DNA from: Minisyncoccota bacterium
Lineage (GTDB): Bacteria > Patescibacteriota > Minisyncoccia > Phycocordibacterales > UBA9973
Assembly (NCBI GenBank): GCA_036169735.1
Contig: JAVHNX010000036.1
Location: 13,681 to 77,680, forward strand
Direction: 5' to 3'
DNA length: 64,000 nucleotides
How positions within the stretch are numbered: the first letter of the stretch is position 1; the number at the start of each line of letters is the position of its first letter. Below the pieces are notes generated by a model. That model worked only from the letters and a program-made list of their open reading frames with translations, made no database searches and was not told the DNA's origin. Position numbers and translations under genes: made by a program. Below are positions 20,620-30,068 of this stretch, piece by piece.

Positions 20620-21258
20620 TTAATCATCCAGTTCTTTATTTCCCTCTATTTTATCTTTAGGATTTTTATTTGATTCTGGTTTATCTTCTATTATTTTTTT
20701 AGTTTCATTTTCTATTTCTGGTTTATCTAACTTTAGAAGGACGCTGTTTATTTTTTGGGTTGTTGATTCAGTGTTGATATTTACGGAATTGTTTATTTTT
20801 GAAATGGCGTCAAGATTATTTTTCAGCTCGTCTCCCATTTGAGCTTTTTTTGTTTTATCCAACTTTCCAGTCAAAGATAGGGCTTGTATTTCAGCCAGAC
20901 GCCTGTCTACTATTTTTTTATGCCAGGCGATTTTGGCTTCAGGAGAAAACTGGAGAGCGGATATTATTTTTTCATTTATATTTATCTTAATAGGATGGAG
21001 TATATCTCCAGGTAGAGATTTCTCAGCGGCAAAAGCGAGTGCACCTCCTCCAAAAATAACAATCAGGCAGGCGGCAATCAACGATTTTCTAAGAGTCAAA
21101 AAATGTGACTTGAACAAATAAGGTGAAGGTGTGCTTGCCATGGGTGAAGAAAAAATAAAAGAAGATAAATTTGAACGGATAAAAATCATTTCCCTTTCGG
21201 TAATTGTTATTTTTTTTAACTTATTTATAAGTTGTTTAATCTGTTTGTCCATTTTCAT
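20620..21258 (-). CDS. DUF5667-like membrane protein, putative anti-sigma factor
   Basis: Single TM followed by AEKSLPGDILHPIK...NE; overlaps the end of the ECF sigma gene. Confidence 0.65.
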   Translation of the reverse strand: MKMDKQIKQLINKLKKITITEREMIFIRSNLSSFIFSSPMASTPSPYLFKSHFLTLRKSLIAACLIVIFGGGALAFAAEKSLPGDILHPIKININEKIISALQFSPEAKIAWHKKIVDRRLAEIQALSLTGKLDKTKKAQMGDELKNNLDAISKINNSVNINTESTTQKINSVLLKLDKPEIENETKKIIEDKPESNKNPKDKIEGNKELDD

Positions 21259-21760
21259 TTAAAATAATTTTTAATTTTTCCAATCCTCTGTGAATTCTTA
21301 CGGAAACATTGTTTTCAGTCTCGTTTGTTATTTTTGCTATTTCTTTAATTGATAAATCTTCTACATATCGTAAAGTTATGATTTCGCTGTATTTTTCTTC
21401 AAGTTTTTTTATAGTTTCGAGTGCCTTCTCTCCTTCAAAGATCATTTCTATTTCTTCCTTCAAATCTTTTTCGTTAGCAAAGTCAAAACCGTCATCAATC
21501 ATTTTGTCTAATGAAAAGTCTTTTTTCTTTCGTCTGTCATCTATCACCGTATTTCTTGCGACTTGATACAAAAAAGCTTTTACATGCTCGATTTTATTTT
21601 CACCGGAAGACATATATGTCCAGACTTTTATAAAAGTATTTTGCGCTATATCCTTTGCTTTTTCTCGATCACTCGTTTGGAAATAGCAATAGCGGAAGAT
21701 TGCGTCTGCATACTCATCGTATATTTTCAAGAATTTTTCTTCTGATTTTTTGATGTCCAT
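21236..21760 (-). CDS. ECF RNA polymerase sigma factor
   Basis: Region 2 (AKDIAQNTFIKVW...FLYQVARNTVID) and region 4 (LSIKEIA...VSVRIHRGL). Confidence 0.92.
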   Translation of the reverse strand: MDIKKSEEKFLKIYDEYADAIFRYCYFQTSDREKAKDIAQNTFIKVWTYMSSGENKIEHVKAFLYQVARNTVIDDRRKKKDFSLDKMIDDGFDFANEKDLKEEIEMIFEGEKALETIKKLEEKYSEIITLRYVEDLSIKEIAKITNETENNVSVRIHRGLEKLKIILNENGQTD

Positions 21761-21771
21761 GTTTCAATTAT

Positions 21772-21799
21772 TAAGACGTTTTATCTTCCAAATTATTAC
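21772..21799 (-). promoter_or_regulatory. Putative ECF autoregulatory promoter
   Basis: Minus strand GTAA-N17-CGTCTTA, 11 nt upstream of the sigma ATG. Confidence 0.7.
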
Positions 21800-21859
21800 G
21801 TTTATATATAATAGAGGCATATCAAACATATTGCAAATTAAACATTAGCGTCAAATCAT

Positions 21860-21887
21860 GTAAGATTAGTAAGATTGCCTCGTCTTA
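21860..21887 (+). promoter_or_regulatory. Putative ECF-dependent promoter
   Basis: GTAA-N17-CGTCTTA, same motif and spacing as the divergent copy. Confidence 0.7.
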
Positions 21888-21944
21888 TATAATGTCGGAA
21901 CATTATTATTAAGGTTTTTATTATAAGTAATATAAATTTAATTT

Positions 21945-22748
21945 ATGAAAAAATATATAAGTACTCTGTTTTTAGTTGGTTTTCTTATGGTTCCAGGATT
22001 ATCCTTTGCTCAACAGGCAGATGTAAATCCTGCAGGAACATCTGCCTGTGCAGATATTAATGCAAATATAGGCTTTGGTAATCGTGATAGTGATGTAAAT
22101 AGTAATGCCGTATCAATGCTTCAAGATTTTCTAAGTACCAGTGGATTTTTAACAGCTACTCCAAGTGGTTACTTCGGTAGTGCCACATTGAAAGCAATTA
22201 AAGCTTTTCAAGCAGCCAATGGTATAAGTCCAACAGGCTATGTTGGTGCTCTTACTCGTGCAAAGATTAAAGACATTGATTGTAATGGTGGAACTGCAGG
22301 TACAGCACCAGCTAGTCCAATTCAACAACCGGTATCTCCAACAGTAGATAATTCATCGGTAAATAATCCTGCAACAGTTAATCCAGTAGTTCCTAATTTA
22401 TCTGTGAATCCTCTTATCAAAGGTGAAAGTGAAAATAGTAGTGTAAACAAAGGTGAAAGTGAAAGTGAAAATAGTAGTGTAAGTAAAAATGAAAATGAAA
22501 GTGAAAATAGTAGTGTAAGTAAAAATGAAAATGAAGGTGAAAATAGTAGTGTAAACAAAGGTGAAGGTGAAAATAGTAATGCAAACGGAAACAATGCTGA
22601 TTGTTCAGCGGGTGATAAATTTAGTTCAAAAACAGGACAATTATGTTCTAGTATAGCTCCTGTTGTGTATCCAGAAGGTTGTAATGCAAATTTTGCTTTC
22701 AGTCCAGTAACAGGAAAGTCATGTTCTGTTACTAGTTCAACACAATAA
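21945..22748 (+). CDS. Secreted peptidoglycan-binding domain protein with internal repeats
   Basis: Signal peptide; PG_binding_1 (LQDFL...GYFG.AT..AIKAFQ..NGI.PTGYVG.LTRAKI); two C-x5-FS-x2-TG-x2-C motifs. Confidence 0.8.
   Translation: MKKYISTLFLVGFLMVPGLSFAQQADVNPAGTSACADINANIGFGNRDSDVNSNAVSMLQDFLSTSGFLTATPSGYFGSATLKAIKAFQAANGISPTGYVGALTRAKIKDIDCNGGTAGTAPASPIQQPVSPTVDNSSVNNPATVNPVVPNLSVNPLIKGESENSSVNKGESESENSSVSKNENESENSSVSKNENEGENSSVNKGEGENSNANGNNADCSAGDKFSSKTGQLCSSIAPVVYPEGCNANFAFSPVTGKSCSVTSSTQ
22419..22580 (+). repeat. Coding tandem repeat (about 5 units of 30-36 nt, ESENSSV[N/S]K)
   Basis: Repeated GTGAAAATAGTAGTGTAA units. Confidence 0.85.
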
Positions 22749-22754
22749 AAATTA

Positions 22755-22792
22755 CAAATAAAAAACCTCCTATTTAGGAGGTTTTTTATTTG
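22755..22792 (+). terminator. Intrinsic terminator
   Basis: AAAAAACCTCCTA-TT-TAGGAGGTTTTTT. Confidence 0.8.
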
Positions 22793-22916
22793 CTGTTTTT
22801 AAAATAATATGCTATTATGGATTTATTCAAATGAAGTCCTCGGGCTTTTTTGTTTTATTCCGCTTCTACGGCGGATTGCCGATGAGGCAATATTATTATT
22901 ATAAAAAATACACAAA

Positions 22917-24722
22917 ATGGAAATCAGAAACATCGCAATTATCGCACACGTTGACCACGGCAAGACTACCTTGACCGACGCCCTAATGAAACAAAATGGA
23001 GGCCTTCAAGATGAAGGATTGACCATGGACTCAAACGCTATTGAAAAAGAGCGTGGTATTACTATTTATTCTAAAAATACTTCTATTACTTACAAAGATA
23101 CAAAGATTAACATTGTTGATACTCCTGGACACGCTGATTTCGGTTCTGAAGTTGAGCGTGTTTTGCGTGCTATTGATTCGGTGCTTCTTTTAGTGGATGC
23201 GGTTGAAGGACCTATGCCTCAAACTCGATTCGTTTTAAAGAAATCATTAGAGCTAGGACTTAAGCCAATCGTAGTTATCAATAAAATCGACAAGCCAGCT
23301 GCAGATCCAAATCGTGTACACGAAGAAGTCCTTGGTTTGTTTTTTGAACTTGGTGCGACTGATGAACAAGCAAATTTCGAAACTATTTATGCTATTGGCC
23401 GTCAAGGTTTAGCAAAAAGACATCTTAATGATGAATCTAAAGATTTGTCTCCACTTCTAGATCTTATTTTAGAAAAAGTTCCAGCAGCTTCTGTGAATGA
23501 AGATGCAAAAATGTCCGCTCAGGTTTTCAATCTTGGTTACGACAACTTCTTAGGTAGAATGGCTGTTGCCAGAATTTACTCCGGAAAGATAACTCCAAAT
23601 AGTCAACTTTTTGTTAAAGGAGAAAACGGTACTCGACCAGCAAGAATAACAAAATTATTTACCTTTGAAGGTATCAGTAGAAAAGACGTTACAGAAGCAA
23701 CATCTGGTGATATCGTGCTTCTTGCAGGTATTCCAGATATTTATATTGGTGAGACAATCTGTGGAGACGAAAGTGTAGAACCTTTACCACACATTGCTAT
23801 TGATGAGCCTACAATTTCTCTAAACCTTTTAGTTAACGATTCTCCATTCGCAGGTAAGGAAGGAAAGTTTGTTACTTCAAGACAGATCAAAGAAAGACTT
23901 GAAAAAGAACTTGAAATCAACGTTGGTCTTAAAGTAGATTTTTCTCCAGACCAAGGTGAAATAAAATCAGGTCCAAGTTTCTTTAAAATTTATGGAAGAG
24001 GTGAATTGCACGTTGCGATTCTTCTGGAATACATGCGCCGAGAAGGATTCGAAATGCAGGTATCTCAGCCCGAGGTTATTATCAAAGAAGTGAATGGTAA
24101 AAAGACAGAACCTTACGAAGAATTGGTTGTGGATGTTCCTATGGAATCTTCCGGTGTTGTTATTGAAAAGATGGGAAAGCGCCGCGGTATCATGAAAGAT
24201 ATGACTGAAAAGGAGGGTATTGCGAGAATCGTTTTTGATATTCCTACACGTGGACTTTTGGGTTACCGTGGAGAATTTACTGTGGACACAAAAGGTGAGG
24301 GTATTATGTCCTCACGTGTTACAGGTTTCCAGGATTATGCAGGAGAAATCAAGAGACGAGAATACGGTGCTATGACCTCTATGGTTGCAGGTAAGGCTGT
24401 TGCTTTCTCTCTAGCAAACTTACAGGATCGTGGAGTTCTCTTTATTGAGCACGGAACTGAGGTTTACGAAGGTATGGTTGTTGGTAACGTTTTGAAAGGA
24501 GAAGACATGGCCGTGAACCCTACAAAAGGTAAACAGCTTACAAACATGCGTGCCTCAGGTACTGATGAAGCCTTATTTCTTAAGCCTGTTTATACTTTGA
24601 CTATTGAACGAGCCCTTGAAGTTATGAATGCAGACGAATACCTAGAAATAACTCCAAAGTCCGTCAGACTACGCAAAAAGTACCTTACAGAACAAGACCG
24701 TATTAAATCTTTACGAAAGTAA
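22917..24722 (+). CDS. typA: Translational GTPase TypA/BipA
   Basis: [41 protein letters not shown]. Confidence 0.96.
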   Translation: MEIRNIAIIAHVDHGKTTLTDALMKQNGGLQDEGLTMDSNAIEKERGITIYSKNTSITYKDTKINIVDTPGHADFGSEVERVLRAIDSVLLLVDAVEGPMPQTRFVLKKSLELGLKPIVVINKIDKPAADPNRVHEEVLGLFFELGATDEQANFETIYAIGRQGLAKRHLNDESKDLSPLLDLILEKVPAASVNEDAKMSAQVFNLGYDNFLGRMAVARIYSGKITPNSQLFVKGENGTRPARITKLFTFEGISRKDVTEATSGDIVLLAGIPDIYIGETICGDESVEPLPHIAIDEPTISLNLLVNDSPFAGKEGKFVTSRQIKERLEKELEINVGLKVDFSPDQGEIKSGPSFFKIYGRGELHVAILLEYMRREGFEMQVSQPEVIIKEVNGKKTEPYEELVVDVPMESSGVVIEKMGKRRGIMKDMTEKEGIARIVFDIPTRGLLGYRGEFTVDTKGEGIMSSRVTGFQDYAGEIKRREYGAMTSMVAGKAVAFSLANLQDRGVLFIEHGTEVYEGMVVGNVLKGEDMAVNPTKGKQLTNMRASGTDEALFLKPVYTLTIERALEVMNADEYLEITPKSVRLRKKYLTEQDRIKSLRK

Positions 24723-24838
24723 ATTTATTTCATTTATGTTAAGTCAAAATTTGACATTGTTAAAAATAAGTGTAATATGTATATGTAACTAAAATTTAAC
24801 CAAAATACTATTTATTATTAAAATTCTTTTTAAAGATT

Positions 24839-25867
24839 ATGTCAACAATATCATTTAAACCAAAACAAGTAACAAAGAAAATAACTTCACATCTTCAGGA
24901 TCGTGCGAGCGATGTTATAATGAATCGTTTTGGTTTGACTACTGATGCTCAACGTAAAACTCTAGAAGAAATCGGTAAGAAATACAGTATCACACGAGAA
25001 CGTGTTCGACAGATTGAAGATGCCGCTTTGGCTTCAATCAAGAAATCTGATGCTTATAAAGCAGAACAGGTTACTTTTGATGAGATAAAACAATTGATTC
25101 ATTCTCTTGGTTCAATCGTTGCTGAACATGAATTCTTATCTTCAATATCAAAAGATAAAGCTACCCAGAACCATATTCATTTTTATATGGTTTTAGGTGA
25201 TTCCTTCAAAAAACATCGTGAAGATGATCATTTCCAAACACGTTGGAGTATTGACGATGAAATGGCTTCTAAAGTCCATGATTCTCTAAAAAAACTTTAC
25301 TCAAGTTTGAGTGACTCAGATCTTGTTCCTGAAACTGAAATGATTAAAAAGTTTTTTGATCAAATGAAAGATGTTTCTGAACAGTTCAAAAATGAAGAGA
25401 TGGCAAAAAGATGGTTAACTATTTCAAAAACTATTTCTAAGAATCCTCTTGGAGAGTGGGGAAAATCAACATCACCAAATATTCATACTCGTGGAGTAAA
25501 AGATTATGCCTTTTTAGTAATGAGAAAACATGGAAACCCTATGCACTTCCGTGAAGTAGCTGATTCTATTTCTAAAACTTTTGGAAGAAAGACTCACTAC
25601 GCAACTTGTCATAATGAACTTATTAAAGACCCTCGTTTTGTCCTCGTTGGACGTGGAATGTATGCTCTTGCAGAATGGGGCTATAAAACAGGAATTGCAC
25701 GTGAAGTTATTCGTGATATTCTAAAAAGAGAAGGACCACTTTCTAAAGAAGATGTAGTAGAAAGAGTAATGAAAGAAAGATATTTTAAAAAGAATACTAT
25801 TTTAGTAAATCTACAGAACCCAAAATACTTCAAGAAGAACAAAAACGGACTTTATACTTTAGCTTAA
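24839..25867 (+). CDS. Sigma-70 region-4-like HTH / winged-helix (HARE-like) protein
   Basis: RFGL...TLEEIG..YSITRERVRQIE; PMHFREVA; HNELIKDPRFVLVGRGMYALAEWG. Confidence 0.75.
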   Translation: MSTISFKPKQVTKKITSHLQDRASDVIMNRFGLTTDAQRKTLEEIGKKYSITRERVRQIEDAALASIKKSDAYKAEQVTFDEIKQLIHSLGSIVAEHEFLSSISKDKATQNHIHFYMVLGDSFKKHREDDHFQTRWSIDDEMASKVHDSLKKLYSSLSDSDLVPETEMIKKFFDQMKDVSEQFKNEEMAKRWLTISKTISKNPLGEWGKSTSPNIHTRGVKDYAFLVMRKHGNPMHFREVADSISKTFGRKTHYATCHNELIKDPRFVLVGRGMYALAEWGYKTGIAREVIRDILKREGPLSKEDVVERVMKERYFKKNTILVNLQNPKYFKKNKNGLYTLA

Positions 25868-25874
25868 TTTTATT

Positions 25875-26003
25875 ATGTACAATAAGGGTGTCGCTCACAT
25901 TATTTTAATTTTAATTGGTGTTCTAGTTATCCTGGTACTTTTAGGTTTTTTTTCTGTCCAACAAGGTTCTGATTCAGAAATTGATTCATCTCAGGTTCAA
26001 TAG
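25875..26003 (+). CDS. Small type IV pilin-like peptide (42 aa)
   Basis: MYNKG|VAHIILILIGVLVILVLLGFF: class III signal-like basic leader, Gly, then a hydrophobic helix; not in the ORF track. Confidence 0.5.
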   Translation: MYNKGVAHIILILIGVLVILVLLGFFSVQQGSDSEIDSSQVQ

Positions 26004-26061
26004 TAATAATCTATCCCCAATTTATTTTGATTTGTCTCACTTATGTATTAAAATATAACTA

Positions 26062-27315
26062 ATGGTTGATTCAATAGTTTATTTTTCTTCGTATATTTTT
26101 TCGGTAGTTTGGCCCTTTGTTGGGTTCGCACTCCTTGCTCATTTCGCATGGCTTTTTTGGCATCACTATGTAGAACATGATTTCATTGCTGGTATTGATT
26201 GGGTTCTGCTTGAAATAGTTCCTCCAAGAGACGTATTAAGATCGCCTAAGGCAATGGAATTATTTTTCACTAACGGACTTTATTCCTTAAGTAATAAGGG
26301 ATTTCTTGAAACGTACTGGCTCGGAGCAGTTCAATTGTGGTTCTCACTTGAGATTGTTTCTATTGGAGGTCAGGTTCATTTTTATCTTCGAGCCCCATCC
26401 CGAATGAAGGGTTTAATCGAGACTCAATTGTATGCACAGTATCCTCAAGCACAAGTAAAGGTAGCAGAGGATTATACTTTAGCTGTTAATAAAATATCTC
26501 CTGAAAGTGGGTGGGATCTTTGGGGGTGCGAATTTACTTTAGTAAAACCTGATGCATACCCTATTAAAACTTATGTTGATTTTGGATTAGATAAAGACCC
26601 TAAAGAAGAATTCAAGGTTGATCCGATTTCTCCGGTTATAGAACTTTTTGGTTCAATCGAAAAGGGTGAACAAGTATGGATGCAAATAGTTATAGCGCCT
26701 TCACAAAAAAAATTCCACACTCATGGCACAAGATCAGAACACCATGGATGGGTTGAAGAATCAGAACACGTAATGAAAGAGCTTACCGAAAAATATACCA
26801 AAGGCGAAGGTGAATCTTCATTTAAATTATTGCCAAAATGGTTGGACCCTGTTTTAGAAGGTATGACTAAAAAAAGCGCCAAGGTTGGGTTCGATACAGG
26901 AATAAGAGTTTGTTATGTGGCAAAGAAAGAAAATTTTCAAAACAATACCAAGCGTAATCTTCGTTTAATTTTCCGCCAGTATGAGTCAGCATCTTTGAAT
27001 AGTTTTAAGAGAGTGAATACAACAAGTTTTAGTCATTTTTGGCAATATACTGCTACTTCTCTTTTTAGATTTAAAGACAGAATGCTTGAAGAGTACAGGG
27101 AGAGAGCTTTCTTTTACCCACCTCTTATACACCATATTCCAATTCCTTTTCCTGTTTCATTATTTTTTCCAAAATATAGTCATCCAAATATTTCGGTTCT
27201 TAACACTGAAGAGTTGGCTACTATTTTTCATTTTCCAGGTCAGATATTACAGGTTCCTACTCTTGAACGTATTGAATCAAAAGAGGCAGCTCCTCCTTCT
27301 AATCTGCCTATATAA
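26062..27315 (+). CDS. Conserved CPR membrane protein (resembles N-terminal modules of DUF87/TraD-like ATPases)
   Basis: LLEIVPPRD..RSPKAME, FSLEIVS..G.VHFY, YAQYP, YPIKTY, LNTEELATIFHFP. Confidence 0.65.
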   Translation: MVDSIVYFSSYIFSVVWPFVGFALLAHFAWLFWHHYVEHDFIAGIDWVLLEIVPPRDVLRSPKAMELFFTNGLYSLSNKGFLETYWLGAVQLWFSLEIVSIGGQVHFYLRAPSRMKGLIETQLYAQYPQAQVKVAEDYTLAVNKISPESGWDLWGCEFTLVKPDAYPIKTYVDFGLDKDPKEEFKVDPISPVIELFGSIEKGEQVWMQIVIAPSQKKFHTHGTRSEHHGWVEESEHVMKELTEKYTKGEGESSFKLLPKWLDPVLEGMTKKSAKVGFDTGIRVCYVAKKENFQNNTKRNLRLIFRQYESASLNSFKRVNTTSFSHFWQYTATSLFRFKDRMLEEYRERAFFYPPLIHHIPIPFPVSLFFPKYSHPNISVLNTEELATIFHFPGQILQVPTLERIESKEAAPPSNLPI

Positions 27316-27318
27316 TTT

Positions 27319-28263
27319 ATGGATAATATTCCTTCTTTAGATAATTCAGCCTATAAATTAGGTAGTAATTTTAAACAAAATTCTTATTTAAAGATAGTTT
27401 TTTTTGGTTTCATTGGAATATTCGTCATAATAATATTTTTTTATTTCTTATTTTTAAGTCCACCAAGTAATTTTCCAGTTGGTCAAATAATAAACATAGA
27501 ACAAGGAACAAGCCTCAGAAGTATTTCAAAAGATTTAGAAGTAAAACACTTAATAAAATCTAGAGTTGCTTTTGAAACTTTCGTCATTATTTATGGAGGT
27601 GAAAAACATATAGTACCCGGAGATTATCTTTTTGAAAATAAGTCCCTTGTTTTTGAAGTAGCTAGAAGAGTCTCATATGGGGATCATCATTTACTTCCTG
27701 TAAAAATTACTGTACCAGAAGGATTTAATATTTCTGATATTTCAAATATCATGTCTACTAAATTATTAAATTTTAATAAAGAAAAATTTTTATTAGAAGC
27801 ACAAAAAAAAGAAGGGTATCTTTTTCCTGATACATATTTTTTCTTTACTACTGCAAATGAAGAAGATGTTTTGAGTGCTATGAGTGACAATTTTACAAGA
27901 AAAATAAAGCCTATCCAAGAAGAGATTAATTTATCTGGTAAAAGTGAAAAAGAAATTATTACCATGGCATCAGTCATTGAACGTGAGGCAAAAGGAGATG
28001 CTGACAGAGGTATTATTTCAGGTATTTTATGGAATAGGTTAAATAAAGGTATGTTGCTTCAAGTCGATGCTTCACCTGAGACTTATAAAATAAAAGGACT
28101 ACCAATTAATCCGATTTCTAATCCAGGAATCGAAGCTATTAAGGCTGCACTTGAACCAGAAAATTCACCTTACCTTTTTTACTTACATGATAAAAATGGC
28201 GTGATTCATTATGCAGTTACCTTTACGGAACATAAGAAGAATATTACAAAGTACTTGAAATAA
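27319..28263 (+). CDS. mltG: Endolytic transglycosylase MltG
   Basis: TVPEG, EGYLFPDTY, MASVIEREA, LQVDA, GLP..PISNPG. Confidence 0.9.
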   Translation: MDNIPSLDNSAYKLGSNFKQNSYLKIVFFGFIGIFVIIIFFYFLFLSPPSNFPVGQIINIEQGTSLRSISKDLEVKHLIKSRVAFETFVIIYGGEKHIVPGDYLFENKSLVFEVARRVSYGDHHLLPVKITVPEGFNISDISNIMSTKLLNFNKEKFLLEAQKKEGYLFPDTYFFFTTANEEDVLSAMSDNFTRKIKPIQEEINLSGKSEKEIITMASVIEREAKGDADRGIISGILWNRLNKGMLLQVDASPETYKIKGLPINPISNPGIEAIKAALEPENSPYLFYLHDKNGVIHYAVTFTEHKKNITKYLK

Positions 28264-28267
28264 ATAT

Positions 28268-28798
28268 ATGAAAAAACATAACCTAGCATTTATCGATATA
28301 GAGACAACCGGTCTCAACTTGATGCAACATGAGATTATTGAGATTGGTTGTATTGTTGTGAGCCCAACTTTTGAAATCTTGGAAGAGTTTGAGTTAAAAA
28401 TAAAACCAATACACATTGAGACGGCTGATCCTGTGTCTCTGAAAATAGTTCATTACGATGAAGAAAAATGGGAAGACGCCATCACTTTAAAAGAAGCAAT
28501 AAAAATACTCGCTGATAAAACAGAAGATTCAACAATGATAGGACATAATATTTCTTTTGATGCTGCATTTTTAGATAAAGCTTTTTTTGAAACGAAAACA
28601 AAAAAGAAATTTTTTCATTTTCATTTACTCGACACCATCTCAATTGCTTATGCCAAATTACATGACCGTGAAGATATTGAGAAGTTATCACTACATGAAT
28701 TGTGTGCATATTTCGATATAAAAAATGAACATGAACATTCTGCGCTATCAGATATACGCGCAACCCTCGAGCTTTACAAAAAGCTGATGAGCCTATAA
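28268..28798 (+). CDS. DEDDh 3'-5' exonuclease
   Basis: DIETTG, GHNISFD, LDT, HSALSD. Confidence 0.88.
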   Translation: MKKHNLAFIDIETTGLNLMQHEIIEIGCIVVSPTFEILEEFELKIKPIHIETADPVSLKIVHYDEEKWEDAITLKEAIKILADKTEDSTMIGHNISFDAAFLDKAFFETKTKKKFFHFHLLDTISIAYAKLHDREDIEKLSLHELCAYFDIKNEHEHSALSDIRATLELYKKLMSL

Positions 28799-28903
28799 AA
28801 TCAAAATACCTTATTAAAAACATTGCGCAGGCCGACCGGGCCGAGCATAGCAAATTTTCAGTAGAAAATTATGTGTGTTTTTTAGAAGGTATTTTGATTT
28901 TAT
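28795..28903 (+). repeat. Long-stem element with conserved structured core (copy 2)
   Basis: 28-nt arms (26/28 complementary) spanning the exonuclease stop to the mnmA start; core matches 4434-4488 (minus strand). Confidence 0.8.
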
Positions 28904-30023
28904 GCCACTAAAAAATAAAACTATATTTGTGGGAATGTCAGGCGGGGTGGATTCCTCTGTTTCCGCTGCTATTTTAAAAGACCAGGGGCATAATGTTGTT
29001 GGGGTTTTTATTCGTACCTGGCACCCTGATTTTTTGGTTTGTAATGAAGAAGATGAGCGCCGCGACGCTATGCGCGTCGCGGCGCATTTGGATATTCCAT
29101 TTTTAACTTTTGACCTTTCAGATGTTTACAAAAAAGAAGTCGCAGACTATATGATTGCTGAGTATAAAATGGGCCGTACTCCAAACCCAGATGTGATGTG
29201 CAACAAAGAAGTGAAGTTTGGTGCTTTCTTGAAAAAGGCTCTTGAAATGGGTGCAGATTATGTTGCGACAGGGCATTATGCGCAAGTTTTAGAAAAAAAA
29301 TTAGTTAAAGGTGTTGATTCTTCAAAAGATCAATGTTATTTCTTGTGGACTTTAAAACAAGAACAACTAAAACATATTTTATTTCCCGTAGGGCATTTAA
29401 ATAAAACAGCGGTAAGAAAATTGGCAAAGAAATATAAATTGCCTGTCGCAGAAAAGAAAGACAGTCAAGGGATTTGTTTCCTAGGTGATATTGATTTGAA
29501 AGATTTTTTGAAACATTATATTAAAGAAAAAAAGGGAAAAGTAATAAATGAAAAAGGAGAAGAAATCGGATATCACGATGGTGCTGTTTTTTTGACTCTG
29601 GGAGAACGTCACGGTTTTACTATTACGAAAAAAGGCCCAAATGATGGGGCTTATTATGTTGTTAGTAAAGATGTAAAGAAAAATATCATAATTGTGTCAC
29701 AGATTTCCCCCCTCCTTAATAAGGAGGGGGTTGGGGGTGGTAATTCAAAGAATCACCACCCCGCTCTAAAGAGCACCCTTCCTCAAAAAGGAGGGGAAAA
29801 AATTAGAATTAGTGACATTAATTGGATCTCAAGTACTCCAGATGAAAATAAAGAATACACAGCTCAAGTACGTTATCATGGAGAATTTTTACCTTGCCAA
29901 GTAATTTGTGGAAGTCCGACTTCCGCAAAAGTAATTTTTGAAAAACCTGTACTCGTTGCTCCTGGACAATCAATTGTTTTCTATGATAAAGATATTTGCT
30001 TTGGTGGTGGGGTAGTAGCCTAA
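28902..30023 (+). CDS. mnmA: tRNA 2-thiouridylase MnmA with in-frame palindromic inserts
   Basis: SGGVDS, TPNPDVMCN, ATGHYA, KDQ.YFL, DSQGICF, PGQ; likely start MPLKN at 28902. Confidence 0.95.
   Translation: MPLKNKTIFVGMSGGVDSSVSAAILKDQGHNVVGVFIRTWHPDFLVCNEEDERRDAMRVAAHLDIPFLTFDLSDVYKKEVADYMIAEYKMGRTPNPDVMCNKEVKFGAFLKKALEMGADYVATGHYAQVLEKKLVKGVDSSKDQCYFLWTLKQEQLKHILFPVGHLNKTAVRKLAKKYKLPVAEKKDSQGICFLGDIDLKDFLKHYIKEKKGKVINEKGEEIGYHDGAVFLTLGERHGFTITKKGPNDGAYYVVSKDVKKNIIIVSQISPLLNKEGVGGGNSKNHHPALKSTLPQKGGEKIRISDINWISSTPDENKEYTAQVRYHGEFLPCQVICGSPTSAKVIFEKPVLVAPGQSIVFYDKDICFGGGVVA
29705..29800. repeat. CCCCTCCTT-N3-AAGGAGGGG-type composite palindrome in mnmA
   Basis: GC-rich hairpins encoding SPLLNKEGVGGG...PQKGGE; related unit in priA at 61226. 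Confidence 0.8.
29905..29929. repeat. GGAAG-TCCGA-CTTCC palindrome in mnmA
   Basis: TTTGTGGAAGTCCGACTTCCGCAAA; related GGAAGTC-TTTA-GACTTCC at about 57514. Confidence 0.65.
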
Positions 30024-30068
30024 ATTTTTTATTTTGCTTTCATTTTTTGCTTGAAGTATAATAGCTAC

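Noticed and set aside
22419-22580. 30-36 nt repeats resembling a CRISPR array
   Set aside because: Contiguous, in-frame coding repeats without unique spacers.
22830-22892. Riboswitch upstream of typA
   Set aside because: Several short hairpins, but no aptamer consensus I can recognise.
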